Assembly: GCF_036321535.1 (NCBI RefSeq)
Contig: NC_087447.1
Location: forward strand, 48,920,001 to 48,984,000
DNA: 64,000 nucleotides
Direction: 5' to 3'
Source of the DNA: Camelus dromedarius
Taxonomy: Eukaryota
Of the stretch, positions 38,928 to 51,120 are shown one piece after another. The notes under the pieces were generated by a model, which ran no database searches, was not told the origin of the DNA, and worked only from the letters and a program-made list of their open reading frames with translations. A program made the position numbers and the translations under genes. The stretch's first letter is position 1, and each line of letters begins with the position of its first letter.

Positions 38928-41900
38928 TGAATAGAAGAAAGGCTGAAAATTATTAAGTAGCCAATTGAAAAACATAACAGCAGATTAAACCCAAAGGAAG
39001 AAGATAGGAAAGGATCAAGATAAGAATAGAAATTAATGGAGTAGAAAACAAACAGTGAAGAGGATTAATAAAATTAAAATCTAATTCATTGAAGATATTA
39101 ATACAGAATGTGTATTATAGACAAATCTCAGGCAAGATTGGTCAAGGAAAAAGAAAAACATACCTTCATGTGTTTGAATTTGGTAGATGACAGGTGGCAT
39201 TACACATCAGTGGGGCAAAGATACCATTTTCAGTTGTTGTGGATAGTTAGCTGACTTTATACAAAATAAGAAAAAATTAGCTCTTTACCTCACACCATAC
39301 ACAAAATTTAATTCCAAATGGATTAAAAGTCAAGCTGTAAAACTTAGAAAATACTAGGAGTATTTCTATGAAAATGGGGTAGGAAGGATTCTTTATACAA
39401 GCAAAAAATACAAAGCATAAAGGAGAAGACATAATTTGGACACACTAACATCAAAACTTCCACATGATAAAAGATAAAGATAAACCACAGAGAAAATATT
39501 CGCAATGAAATAACTGATGAAAGGTTAATGTCTAAAATACATGAAGAACTACGAATCACAGTGACAGACACCTCATTGGGAAAATGATGAGGGGATTTGA
39601 AAAGACATTTCATAGAAGAGGAGAACGGAAAGGCCAATAAACATTTGGAATGATGCTCAATATCATTAGTAAGTAGAGATGAGATCTAGCATACCAGGGG
39701 AAGGTTGATCTTATGCATGATTAGAAATAACTTCCCCCCATTCTGGTGACTTTGTACTCATTGCTCTCTCTTTTTGGATCATTTTAATTGTTTGAAAGTT
39801 AAGTTTCTAGTGAATCAAAATCTGCTTCCCTAGTCTCAGTATTCAAATATTTAAAGAACATTATTTCTATCTAAATTTTTAGGTTAAACTTCTCAAATTC
39901 ATCTCATTGGTCCTCTTTCTCCCTTTCCCAAGATTCTGGTCATGCTGTATTACTCAGTTTTTGAAACCTTTTTGAATTTTGTCACCTATAATTATTCTGG
40001 AATACTCTCCCCTTTTATCTTCCTGTCAAATTAGACTCATCTTTTAAGACCCAGGTGAAACAAGTGCTCTGTGAATTTTTTTCTCACTCAAATAGGAGTT
40101 GATTACCTTCCTTGTGCCATCATGTGAGTATGTGTATTTGTCATGTCACTGGATTTCAGTTCCTTGTTTTTTTGTCTGCCTCTGGCACTACACTGAACTC
40201 TCTGAGGTCAGGAATTATGTCTTTGTGTATTTAGTGCTTCATGTGGTACCTAAAATTTTTTAGAAACTCAGTAAATGTTTAATACAGGAAAAAGTCCTCA
40301 AAAATACTTTAAAAACATTTTTGATTATATGTCATGAGTCCTTTATCCTTCTGCTCATTTTTAAATATGCCACTCAGAACTGACCCTCATGCTTTAAATA
40401 ATGCCTGACCAGTGCAAATTTTAGTAGGATTTACTCTTTCTCCATCTGGATGCTAAATTCTTACCAATACTACCAAAGGTTGCATTGGCCTTGCTCTTAG
40501 TGAGTTTGTAGGCAACAGAACTTTTTTTTTTCACGAACTGCTGCTGTCAAGCCAGTCTTTCTCATCACATGCACGTACAATGAAATTTTTAAGCCTGAAG
40601 GCAACTTATATCCAATTTTGGTTTTTATTTTTCTGAATAATAGTGGATTTATTTTCCCTTTACTTACATCTGTTTTGTCATTTTTCTTGTGTTTTGTCTA
40701 CCATTTGGTTCTGTAAAATTATTATAAAAAACCTCAAAAGATTGGATTGCATTAATTTGGAGTTTACTTGGACTCTACTAAAGTTTATCTTTGCCCTAAT
40801 TATAAAGAAAAATTCTACTAAATTGATCTTCTTTCAGACAACACATTCTTTAAAAGACCTTAGGACAAAATGGTGCTGGTATTAAAGCACTTTTCATTGG
40901 TTCATTGAACAACAACAACAACAAGTTTAAACCACTTTTTCACCCTGAGACACATACCTAGAGATCATCTCTATCTTCAAGAAAATCTCCTAGCTTGGGG
41001 AATCAGAGGCAGAGACCAGTAATTATAACATAGGTAATAAATGCTACTACAGTTGAGGTAAGTCAAGAATGTTGTGAGGACCCACAGAAGCCTAAGGTGA
41101 TTCTCTCTGGGTGGGAAGTGAGAAACTTTACAAAGGAGAGGGTAGTAAACCAGGTTTTGAACAAGTTGTTATGTCGTGAAAAAGAGAATAAACATTCTGG
41201 GAAGAGGAAGTGGCATAGATAAAGTCAGAGGAGACAAGGTATGGCATATTGAGGAATAGTGATATGTGTGAAGGCTGGGGAGGGGAAAGTATTTAGAGAA
41301 TGGTAGAAGATGTGGCTGGAGTGCGAGAGTGGGTTCTGTTTCTAAATCTTGAAGGCACAGGGAAGCCAATGAAGGTTATTTAGCAGGAGGTGATAGGGTC
41401 AGGTCTCTGCTTTATAAAGATCTAGGGAAGCAGTGTTGAAGATCGAAAGACAGAGTCCAAGAGACAGGCCAGTTAGGCTTCCATTTAATATTCACAGAAT
41501 TTGTACCAAGTAGGTACTGGAGGAGTAGATGAGACAACCTGTTAAGGTAGGTGTTACTCCCATTTTATGGATGAAGAAACAGGCCTAGCAAGGATGAATA
41601 CTGGTAGGTTCAAAGCCAGTGGGTAGTAGATTTGAATGCAGGTTGATAGGATTCCAAATCTTGCACTCTTTCTAATTTTGGTATCATTCTACCTTATGGA
41701 CTATTGTGGATGATTCTTTGTCTCAAAAAAGTGCAAAAGTTAAGTCCAAAGGCTTTTGTACCAGGATGGTGGTGATACAGTGATGGGGACAACCACGTGG
41801 TCTTGGCCTGCCTCGGTCTGCATAGCCATCATGTCTGCAGCATTCCTATACCTGCATTTGCTTTTGTGACCTCTTTTATTGTGTGCCTCATGCTCTGACT

Positions 41901-42051
41901 GTGCTGATCCAGTGCAGGCTGCCTTACTGTGCCTTGTTTGGGCTATTTCTGGAGTCAACAAGGAATCTTACATGTTGATTCCGTGCTTGTTTAATATCAG
42001 CTTTTGCAATTCCTGTTGATCTCTACTCTCTTTGTCTTTTTCTAATCAGGG

Positions 42052-42411
42052 CGTCATAGTCAGTTTGGGCTGGGATAACAGCATACCATGGACTGGTATG
42101 CTTATAACTGGGTGGCTTATAAACAACAAATTCATTCCTCACAGTCTTGGAGGGTGGGAACTCAAAGATCATGACTGATGGATTCGGTGTCTCATGAGGT
42201 CCTGCCTTCTGGTTCATAAATGGCTGTCTTCTTGCTGTGTCCTCACTTGATGGAAGGGACAGGGGAGCTCTTGGGGTCCATTTTATAAGGGCCCTAATCC
42301 CATTCATAAGGGCAAAGCCTTTCCAAGATGCCACCTCCAAATACTGTAACATTGGGGATTAGGTTTCAGTGTATGAATTTTGAGGAGAACACAAACATTC
42401 AATCTATAACA
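42052..42411 (-). mobile_element. MaLR solo LTR (MLT1A/B-like)
   Basis: Characteristic tagtcagtttgggct...ttataaacaacaaattcattcctcacagt...ggggattaggtttcagt...attcaatctataaca. Confidence 0.8.
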
Positions 42412-42412
42412 C

Positions 42413-42590
42413 CAGGGGTTAGGAAACTACATTTAGCAGTCCAGATCTAGCCTGAGGCTTATTTTTGTAAATTTTTATTGGAACACAGCCATACTCATTC
42501 ATATTGTCTATGGCTGCTTACAACAGCAGAATTGAGCAGCTGTCACAGAGACCTTTTGGTCTGCAAAGCCGAAAATATTTACTGTCTAGC
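42413..42590. mobile_element. hAT-Charlie MITE (MER58A-like)
   Basis: caggggttaggaaactac...ttttattggaacacagccatactcattc...gccgaaaatatttactgtct. Confidence 0.75.
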
Positions 42591-45319
42591 CATGAGTCTA
42601 CACGACTCATGCTGCTTAGGACTCCTCATTATTCTCTCCAGATCAAAGTACAAATCAGGTTAAATCTTTAAGGAAGCAAGATACAACTTGGAATTTGAAT
42701 ATTTATGATTAGTTTTTATTAGCAGCTAACTTAATAAGCATTGTCCACTTGCCCCACTAATATATATATAAAAAACTCTGATGCCATTTTTCTTCATTGA
42801 ATTCCTTATACTTTCCTACAATTCTGAGAAATTTCTATCCCTGAAAATAAGTAGAATTTTTTTCCTTATAAGGAAGTACCTAACATTTAATGATCAATTA
42901 TATGTCCCTCATTGTACCAGACAGACATTGCTTTAACTCATATTTAATCATTCATTACTACTTGAGAAATGGGGAAACAGGGCTAGAGAAGTTGTAGTGT
43001 GCCCAGTGTTACACTGGTAAGTGATGGAGTCTGATTGGTCTCCACAGCCTGGGATCTTTCTACTTATGGAAGTTACCAGGCATACTCGTGTGGTTGGTAA
43101 AGTGCTATATTAAGAAAAAATGTTTAAGTGAATGACCAACTCAGGCAGTTAGGCATTCCTGACAATCCCTGAGGTAGCTCCCCCATACTGTGGGGCAGAT
43201 TCTGCCCAAATTTGGCATTGTTACTACAAAGAATTAAAGAACATCCTATTTCCCAAATATGCTGGATAACTGAGGTTTTATTGTTTATTAATAGTTTTAC
43301 TATATTAATAAGATTAAATACGGTAGTATTATTGTTGCCGACAGGATGAGTTTAGATTCCTTAGCCTAATGTTGAAGGCTCTCTGTAATCTGGCCCCAAC
43401 CTACTTTTCTGGCCTATACAACTCTCTGATAAACTTTGTTTTAACAGAATATATTTCCTCACAATCCAGTCTTCACACTTTAAGAAAATGAAAATCACGT
43501 TAAAAAAACAAACATGTAACTTGAAACTTACCATCTTAACCTTTTACTTGTGCAGTTCAGTAGTGTTAACACACTTTTGATCATGCTTTATTGTTCATGT
43601 GAATTGCTCTTCTTCCATCTTTTCACTTAACTAAGTTTTACCAGTTGGACTCAGCTTCATCCCACCTTCCTAAGCCTTGCCTGCCCTTCCCAGCCCTTGT
43701 TCTCCTATTGCAGTGTTTGCTTGTAAGATTGATTTGGTAATTGTTTATTTTGTAACTTTGCATCTCTCATCATCTCTACAGTTATTTAAATCTCTTCTTA
43801 AAACTTTATGAGATTGTCTTAGCTACTAAGCTATATTAATAAATGGTTTAGGGAAAGGGTCTCATGCCTTTTTTGTGTGTATTTTCTCTTCCTACAGCAC
43901 TTCCCTCCTCACTGCTCACCTCCCTCTTTAACTTCCTGATCCCTGATAACAGTTTCCATTATTCTTACACACTTAATGTATGATAACTTGATACATTGTC
44001 ACTAATATTTTCTTCTTCTCCCTTTGTAACTTCTACAGTTATATTGCTGTTTCTTTTTCCATTTCTTATTGCCGTTCTATGTTTAATGTTTCTTCCTGTT
44101 TGAAATTACAAGGCATATTCAATCTAGCAACTTGCATCTCTCATTTATCCTAAATGGTTTCCTCTCTTCTTAAAGCAATATCTCATATTATTTAAAAAAT
44201 CTTTCTATGTACTTCTGATGCAGAATAATAGTACATTGTATACTGTCCATAATTAGCCTAATCATTCCTTCAATCTTGGACATTTAGATCATTCTGTTTT
44301 CGTTTTGCAATTATGAACAGTGTTGCAATGAAATCTTTTTATGTAAAAGTTTTTCTATATTTTAGATTATTTTCATAGATAGAGTCCTAGAAATTATTAG
44401 GTCAAAAGTTACAAACATTTGGTAAGTTCTTCGTATGTGGGCTGTGGCATTTTGATTTCATTAGTTTTTTGCCAAAGGATTGTTTTAAAACACAGTTTAA
44501 ATTAATGTAGTAGTAATCTGTGGTGTTAATTATGGTACTTAGGTAAACAGCCTTAAAATTTGATGTGAACATTTTATTAGCTTTTAACTTTTTCTCTGTG
44601 TGCTGCTTCTTCTCAGGTAAACACTCTTTATATTGCCTGCTGTAAATTGTTACTTGTCTTGGGCAAGGGGCTAAATGAGCAATTGCATTAGTTTAAGACA
44701 GTGGGTACTTGGCTGTCATCTGCACTCTTAGAGATTTAGCAGTAAATAAAAAATGGTATATCAAGTGAAAAGCACTTTAGTGTGGTTTTAGAACACATTT
44801 GTGGTTCAATTCCCATGTTTCCACCTTCCTACTTCTAAATTGTATGCTTAATTTAACCTTAAAGTTTCTCTTTTTGGGTATTCCATTTGAGTAGTTCAAA
44901 GTTCAGTGGGCAGTATAAACAGGTAACCTTGAGATTAATATGGATAATAGCCTCTTGTTTCCTGTGTGTCTCTGTATTACATATGTTTTGTTGTAGAAGA
45001 TGTGCTTTGATTCATTGTCTTCTTTTGCTGTTGTGCACCTCTACCTCATGCTCTTCTATGCAGCACTTAGGTGTTTAGTTTTATAACTCTTTGACATTCT
45101 ATAGTTGTTTCACTTGTGTATGTTTTTCATTCCCTAGTTAAATTGTAAGTTTCTTTAGGACTTGACCCACACATATTCTACCATTATTAGATTCCTTTCT
45201 TGACTTTCTCAAAGGAATATTTTCTTCTTTTGTCTTCTTCCTCACTGCTCGTTCCCTCTTTAGTAGTGGTTTGTGGTTTCATGATGAAAATCTTGTCTTC
45301 TCCACTGCTTATGAAGAAT

Positions 45320-46110
45320 GTAGATTCTGCTTCTGGCTATGATGGAGCAGATTGTAGCAGACCAAAACTCCTGCTGAGAATAACTAGAAAAGCTTGATTT
45401 TAAAAAAAGAAATCTATATGAAGGCATTGGTAAGTTGCCAAGGCAGCCAGGACTTCAGACATTTGTGGATTCTTGGCAAAGAGAGAGTACAGCTATTAAG
45501 AGGCTGAAAAGCCAGCAGAGCTTTCTTCATGGGTCTGGGGAAACAAAAATTATAGTTCAGGGCTGCCAAGGCAACCAGAACTTGAGAGGCCAAGATCCCA
45601 GAGAGAAAGGAGGTGCATCTCCCCTTGCCCCCAACCCCAGCCTCTCCACCTGCTTTTTTTCTCTTGAGGCATTTGCAGATTCTTAAACTGTGCAGAGTAA
45701 AAGGCTGAGAAGCTTCACAGAAGACTAATGAAAAGCAAAGCACTGTTTTAGCATTTCTTCAGTGTTGAGGGAAAAACAGTTCAGGACCTTCCAAGGAAGG
45801 CAGGCTTGATAAATACCCCAGGCTCTCAATTGGATCTTTGGAGGGCTACAAACTAGGGTAGAACAAGCTTTGCAAGCTTTACAAAGACTGCAGCCAACCT
45901 TGAATCAGCTCAGGTCCTGATTGGATAGTGAGGTGATCTGCCCTCATTCTAACTGCCTGCCAGAGAATATGGTAAGTCCTCTGTAGGAATATAATATTAT
46001 CCATAGCCTTTACAGTTTTTCATACACAATGAATGGCATTCTAACAGTAATTACCAGGTATGCCAAGAAATCAGACCAAGAATAAAAACAGACATTATAG
46101 AAATAGATCT
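45320..46110 (+). mobile_element. Old L1 5' region fragment
   Basis: ctggctatgatggagcag...actagaaaagcttg resembles L1M 5' ends and the 5' part of the 35.9 kb L1. Confidence 0.45.
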
Positions 46111-47284
46111 GTAGTATCCCAGTCATCTCATATTTATTAAATCAGTCTCCAAATGAAGGACATTTAGGTTGTTTCCAGTCTTAAGAATTGTTAATGATCT
46201 GTAGTGAATATTCTTGTGTGTACATCTTTGTACACATGTGTGATATATCATTAAGATAAAGGATACCCTTGCTAACTCTTGTTTTTATCAAATTGTTTGA
46301 TCTTTGCCATTCTGATACATAAGTGTTTTGTTTCAAAAGTTTTTCAATATGAGTTAAATTGAGCATATTCTAATATGTTTATGTCCTCCGAATTTATTTT
46401 TTCCATAAACTGCCTATGTCCTTTGCCCATTGTTATATAGGGTTGTTCAGCTTTTTTCCCCCTTTCTTTTGATAAAGGAGGTAATAATAAAGCATCGTGG
46501 GTAAGAGCACAGATCCTGGAGCCAGATTGCCGGCATTTAAATCATAGCTCTTTCACTTATAGTAGTGTAGCCTTGGGCAAGTTAAATCCTCTGTGCTTCA
46601 GTTTCCTCATCTGTAAAATAGGGATAATAGCATCACCCCATTGGGTCATTATGAAGATTAGATGAGTTAAAAATATAAAGTGCATAGAAATAGGCTTGGC
46701 ATAAGGTAACTGCCAGCCATCAGAATGATGCTGATGGTGGAGACAGAGATGGAAATTAGCCAAAGAGATTTTTTTATTTCCCAAGGACAAATAGCTAGTA
46801 AGTGGGAGTATTCAAATTAGGATCTAGGTCTTGGGACTCTTAAGTCCTAAGTTCTTTTTTATTCTACTGCACCGATAAGAAGTTGATCCTACAAGGGTAA
46901 AAATATAACCTGGTACTAAGGGGTGATTACCTTTCGATTTGAGAGTTGTTAGTTTAGTTGCCTTCCCAATATAATTGAGTGCGGTTCTTTTTCTAATTTT
47001 GTATCTAGTGTGGATGCTTTGACAGTGACACTTTATTCCTTAGGGTTTGGTGCAATTAGCAAAATGCCTGTCTTATAGTTTGTTTTGTTTGCCTTTATTA
47101 ATAACCAGTCACCCCACTCCATAGAAAATTCTTTTCAGGAAGAACCATCAAGGAAGTAGAGCTGCTCCTACAGTTCAGATTAGACTGAATGCAGTACTCA
47201 GCTTAGGTCACTGGCCACAGTGGGTGCTTGTCATTCTTTGGGCATCGTATCCTTAGAGAGTTTCTCTTCTTGTTAAACATAGTA

Positions 47285-47650
47285 CAGTTGACCGTTGAGC
47301 AACATGGGGATTGGGGCACTGACCTCCCTGCGCAGTTGAAAATTCGTGTATAACTTTATGATGGATATGTGGATTCAACCAGCCATGGGTCATATAGTAC
47401 TGTAGTATGTATGTATTGGGAGAAAAAAATCGACTGTATAGCACAGGAAACCATATCGAATGGCTTATAGTAACCTGTAATGAAAAAGAATATATATATG
47501 TATAACTGAATCATTATGCTGTACACCAGAAAGTAATATAACATTGTAAATCAACTATACTTCCATTTTTAAAAAAGAGGAAAAAGAAAAAATAATCTAT
47601 ATATAAGTGGACCTGTGCAGTTCAAATCTGTGTTGTTCAGGGGTCAACTG
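47285..47650. mobile_element. Tigger2/MER8-like MITE carrying an inserted L1 3' fragment (about 47433-47590)
   Basis: TIRs CAGTTGACCGTTGAGCAAC and GTTGTTCAGGGGTCAACTG, flanked by TA. The internal L1 tail is flanked by gaaaaaaatc and gaaaaaataatc. Confidence 0.8.
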
Positions 47651-47936
47651 TAGTCGTCAGAGGGCAGGCGTTATGGACGTACTTCTACCACTGTATTCAT
47701 TTATAAATACTAAAATACTCAGCAGTTCAGTAACACTTGAAGTAGTTTTTAGTATTTTCTGTGAGATGAAGGAAGGATGAGTGGTTGTTTCTGTGCTACT
47801 GAAACACTTGAAAATCCCTGTGGATTCTGGTGGAGGGATTGGTGAGTTTTGGGACTAACTTCTCTGGACTAAGGAGGGTGATGTTCTGGTTCTTCTGACA
47901 TCTTGTTGCTCTGCTTTTGTTCTTCCCTTCCAATAA

Positions 47937-49630
47937 TTTATTTTTTAGAGCAGTTTTAGTTTCACAACAAAATTGAGAGGAAGGTACAGAGACTTCCCAT
48001 ATGCTCTCGCCTCAACACATACATAGCCTCCCTCATTACCACTATCACTCACCAGAATGGTAGATTTGTTACCAAGGATAAACCTACAGTTACACAGCAT
48101 AAATTACCCAAAGTCTGTAGTTTACCTTAGTGTTCACTGTCGGCATTGTACATTCTATGGATTTGGACAAATGTATGACATTTGTCCATCATTCTAATAT
48201 TAGAAAGAGTCTTCACTGCCTCTATATTCTGCCTACTTATCCCCATCTTCTCCATCCCTGGAAACCACTGATTTTTATACTGTCTCCATAGTTTTATCTT
48301 TTCCAGAATATCATATAGTTGGAATCATACAGTATGTAGCATTTTCACATTGGCTTCTCTCACTTAATAATATGCATTAAAGGTTCCTTCATGTCTTTTC
48401 ATGGTATTGATAGCTCATTTGTTTTTAGCACTAAATAATATTTCATTGTTTGGATTATCAACTTTAATAATAAAGTAGCCAGTTATTTTACTAGCAAAAG
48501 TGAGTTTATTCAGGAGTGGCCAGAGGAGTTGCAATTCAGGATATGCAAACTATAGCAGAGCAGAGGCAAATCCAGAGAACAAGGGGAATTTGCTTTTATA
48601 GGGAAAAGAGGGGAGTTGGGAGGGACTGTAAAAACCAGAGAGCCCTTTGGAGGAAGCTGGGAGTCCAAAGTATGTAGGCTTCTTATTGGTTGGGCTTCTA
48701 CAGTATCTAATTGGCAGGGCTGTTGTTGGATGGAGAGTTTTTTCTTCCTGCTGGATAATAAAGTAAGCAACGCTTTCTTGTCAGAGGTATAAATAAGTGC
48801 ATTGCTCTTTTTAGTTGGACTAGCTGATGTTGCATGGTAGGGCATGAGCCTCTCCCTGCAGATCAGCCCCAGTTTTAGCTGAGGTTTCTTTAATTTCACA
48901 GTATACCTCAGTTTATTTATCCATTTACCTACTAAGGAGTGCCTTGGTTGCTTCCAAGTTTTGGTGATTATAAATAAAGCTGCTATAAATGTCCATGTAC
49001 AGGTTTTTGTATGGACGTAAGTTTTCAACTTACTTGGGTAAATATCAAGGAGTATGCAATTGCTGGATTGTACGGTAAAACCGTGGTTAGTTTTGTAAGA
49101 AATTGCCAGACTCTTTTCCAAAGTGGCTCTACCATTTTGCATTCCAACCAGCAATGAATGAGAATTCCTGTTACTTTACATCCTCACCAGCCTTTGGTGT
49201 TGTCAGTGTTTTGGACTCTTGTCAGATTCTCTAATTAGGGGTGTAGTGGCATCTTGTTTTAACTTGTAATTCCCTAATGACATAGGATGTTGAGCATTTT
49301 TTCATATGCTTATTTGCCATGTGTATATTTTTTTTGGTGAGGTATCTTTTAAGATCTTTTGCCCATTTGAAAAAACAGGTTGTTTGTTTTCTGATTAAGT
49401 TTTGATAGTTTTTTGTGTATTTTGGATAACAGTCATATCAAATATATCTATTGCAGATATTTTCGTCCAATCTTTGTCTTTTCTTCTCATTCTCTTGACA
49501 TTATCTTTTGCAGAGCAAAATTTTTTCATTTTAATGAAGTCCAGCTTATCAGTTACTTATTTTATAAATCATGTCTTTGATATTGTATCTCAAAAGGCAT
49601 CACCATACCAAGTCATGTAAATTTTCTCCT
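47937..49630 (-). mobile_element. L1 (L1MB/MC-type) ORF2 C-terminus and 3'UTR, interrupted by a solo LTR
   Basis: The first half of ORF 48510..49154 (YPSKLKTYVHTKTCTWTFIAALFIITKTWKQPR) is typical L1 ORF2 C-terminus. L1 3'UTR at 47940-48455. Confidence 0.85.
48456..48900 (-). mobile_element. ERV solo LTR (probably ERV1 class) inserted in the L1
   Basis: Minus strand begins TGTGAAA and ends GTTGATA (decayed CA). CCAAT at 48685-48689, TATAAA at 48595-48600, AATAAA at 48505-48510. Host L1 resumes on both sides. Confidence 0.7.
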
Positions 49631-50162
49631 GTTGAGCTGCTTTTATGCTATTGCAGGCATTTCAACCATAGTTTCAACTTTTGGGGTGGCAGAAGCTGAT
49701 ATATGACTCTAGGAAGGCAGAGGGAAGTAAAGAGAAAATGAAGAAAAGGGAAGTCCCACATCACAGACAGAAACTATTTTATTATAAATGACCTTTCTTT
49801 ACTAAAAGTCAGAGAACCTGAAAGGTTAATCATGATTGATAAATATCTTAGTATAATTAATAACGTTGAGTGTATACATGTTCTCCAGTAAGCTTTAAGA
49901 GACATTATAGAAGACTGTGGTTTAAAGGGGGAGATTTTTATTTTCTGGCCTTTTTCTGCTCCATTTCTCATAATAGTCCAGGTGGATTGAAACACCACAT
50001 TTCATAAGGCTTCAAAGTAATTATTTTGATGTTACAGCTACTCTTATGTAAGTTTAACATTCTAATAGCATTTTTATCCATTATATTAAACTTTAATAGA
50101 GTATTTCAGAATTTAGAGAAACCTATTGAGTAGTAAATGAAAATGAAATAAAAATATTATTA

Positions 50163-50468
50163 TAGGCATACCTTGGAGATACTGCAGGTTTGGTTCCAGA
50201 CCACTGCAATTAAGCGAATATTGCAATAAAATGAGTCACATGAATTGTTTGGTTTCCCAGTGCATATAAAAGTTATGTTTACACTATTAGTGTGTAATAG
50301 CATTATGTCTAAAAAACAATGTACATTCCTTAATTAAAAATATTTTAGTACAAAAAAAGGCTGTTCATCATTTGACAACACAGGGTTGCCATAAACTTTC
50401 AATTTGTAAAATCCACAAAAATCTGTGATGTGCAAGAAAGTGAAGTGGACTGAAACAAGGTATACCTG
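50163..50468 (-). mobile_element. Tigger1 internal-deletion derivative
   Basis: TIRs (T)AGGCATACCTTGGAGAT and ACAAGGTATACCTG, flanked by TA dinucleotides. Confidence 0.8.
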
Positions 50469-50570
50469 TACTGAATCATTAACTTTAGAAAGTCTCTAGT
50501 GTATTCACTTCATTTCTCCAGTAGAAACTGAGATCTACAGAGATCTTAGTCCATGATACGTGTATAGGTA

Positions 50571-51120
50571 TGTCTCAGGAGGGCTCTAAGACCCTCCCCC
50601 ACACTGGCTTGATGATTCACTAGGAGCACTCACAGGACTCAGTTTATAGTTCTACTCATGGCTATGATTTATACAGTGAAAGAGTACAGATTAAAATCAG
50701 CAAAGGGAAAAGGCACGTGCGAGAGACTCCAGGGGAAACCAGGCATGAGCTTCTAGAGTGCTCTTTTAGTTGAGTCTCACAGGATGGACTTAATTCCCCA
50801 GCAACAAGTTGTGGCAACAAGTGTTAAAAACCAGGGAAACTTGTTAGAGACTTGATGCCCAGAGTTTTTAGCAGGGGTTGAGCACGTAGGGATAGTCTGC
50901 CTAGCATGTACCAAAATTCCAGACTCCCAGCAGGAAAGAAAGTATTCAGCATAACTACATTGTTTCTACAAACAGTTTAGGTACAGTGAACCTGTACCTA
51001 ATCTGGGAGGGTAGGAACTCTCCTGAAATCCAAGTTCCTAGGCACCAGCCAAGGGCCAGCCTTGTAAGCAGGCCTTTGAAGGTAGGCAGTTAGGCCTGCT
51101 ATTGTTAAGTCTTTTCCGCA
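50571..51120 (-). mobile_element. ERVL-related solo LTR (MER21-like)
   Basis: gatgattcactaggagcactcacaggactcag...aaaatcagcaaagggaaaaggcac...ggcaccagccaagggccagccttgtaagcaggcc matches recalled MER21-family text. Confidence 0.7.

Larger units (their letters stand above)
35930..39680 (+). mobile_element. Old, decayed L1 with ORF1 and ORF2 remnants, interrupted by a Tigger element
   Basis: ORF1 C-terminal remnant (IRLTAD... at about 37203). ORF2 remnants EYTFF (about 37772), LWNTDKAILRGKF (about 38062) and IKIRIEIN (about 39014). ORF2 C-terminal pieces extend to about 39670. Confidence 0.75.

Noticed and set aside
41740..41990. Non-repeat-looking segment with a 73-aa ORF
   Set aside because: No recognisable protein, snoRNA boxes or splice structure. 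A search would be needed to say more.
48510..49154. 214-aa ORF as a novel protein
   Set aside because: It is a chance fusion of L1 ORF2 C-terminal remnant and LTR sequence.
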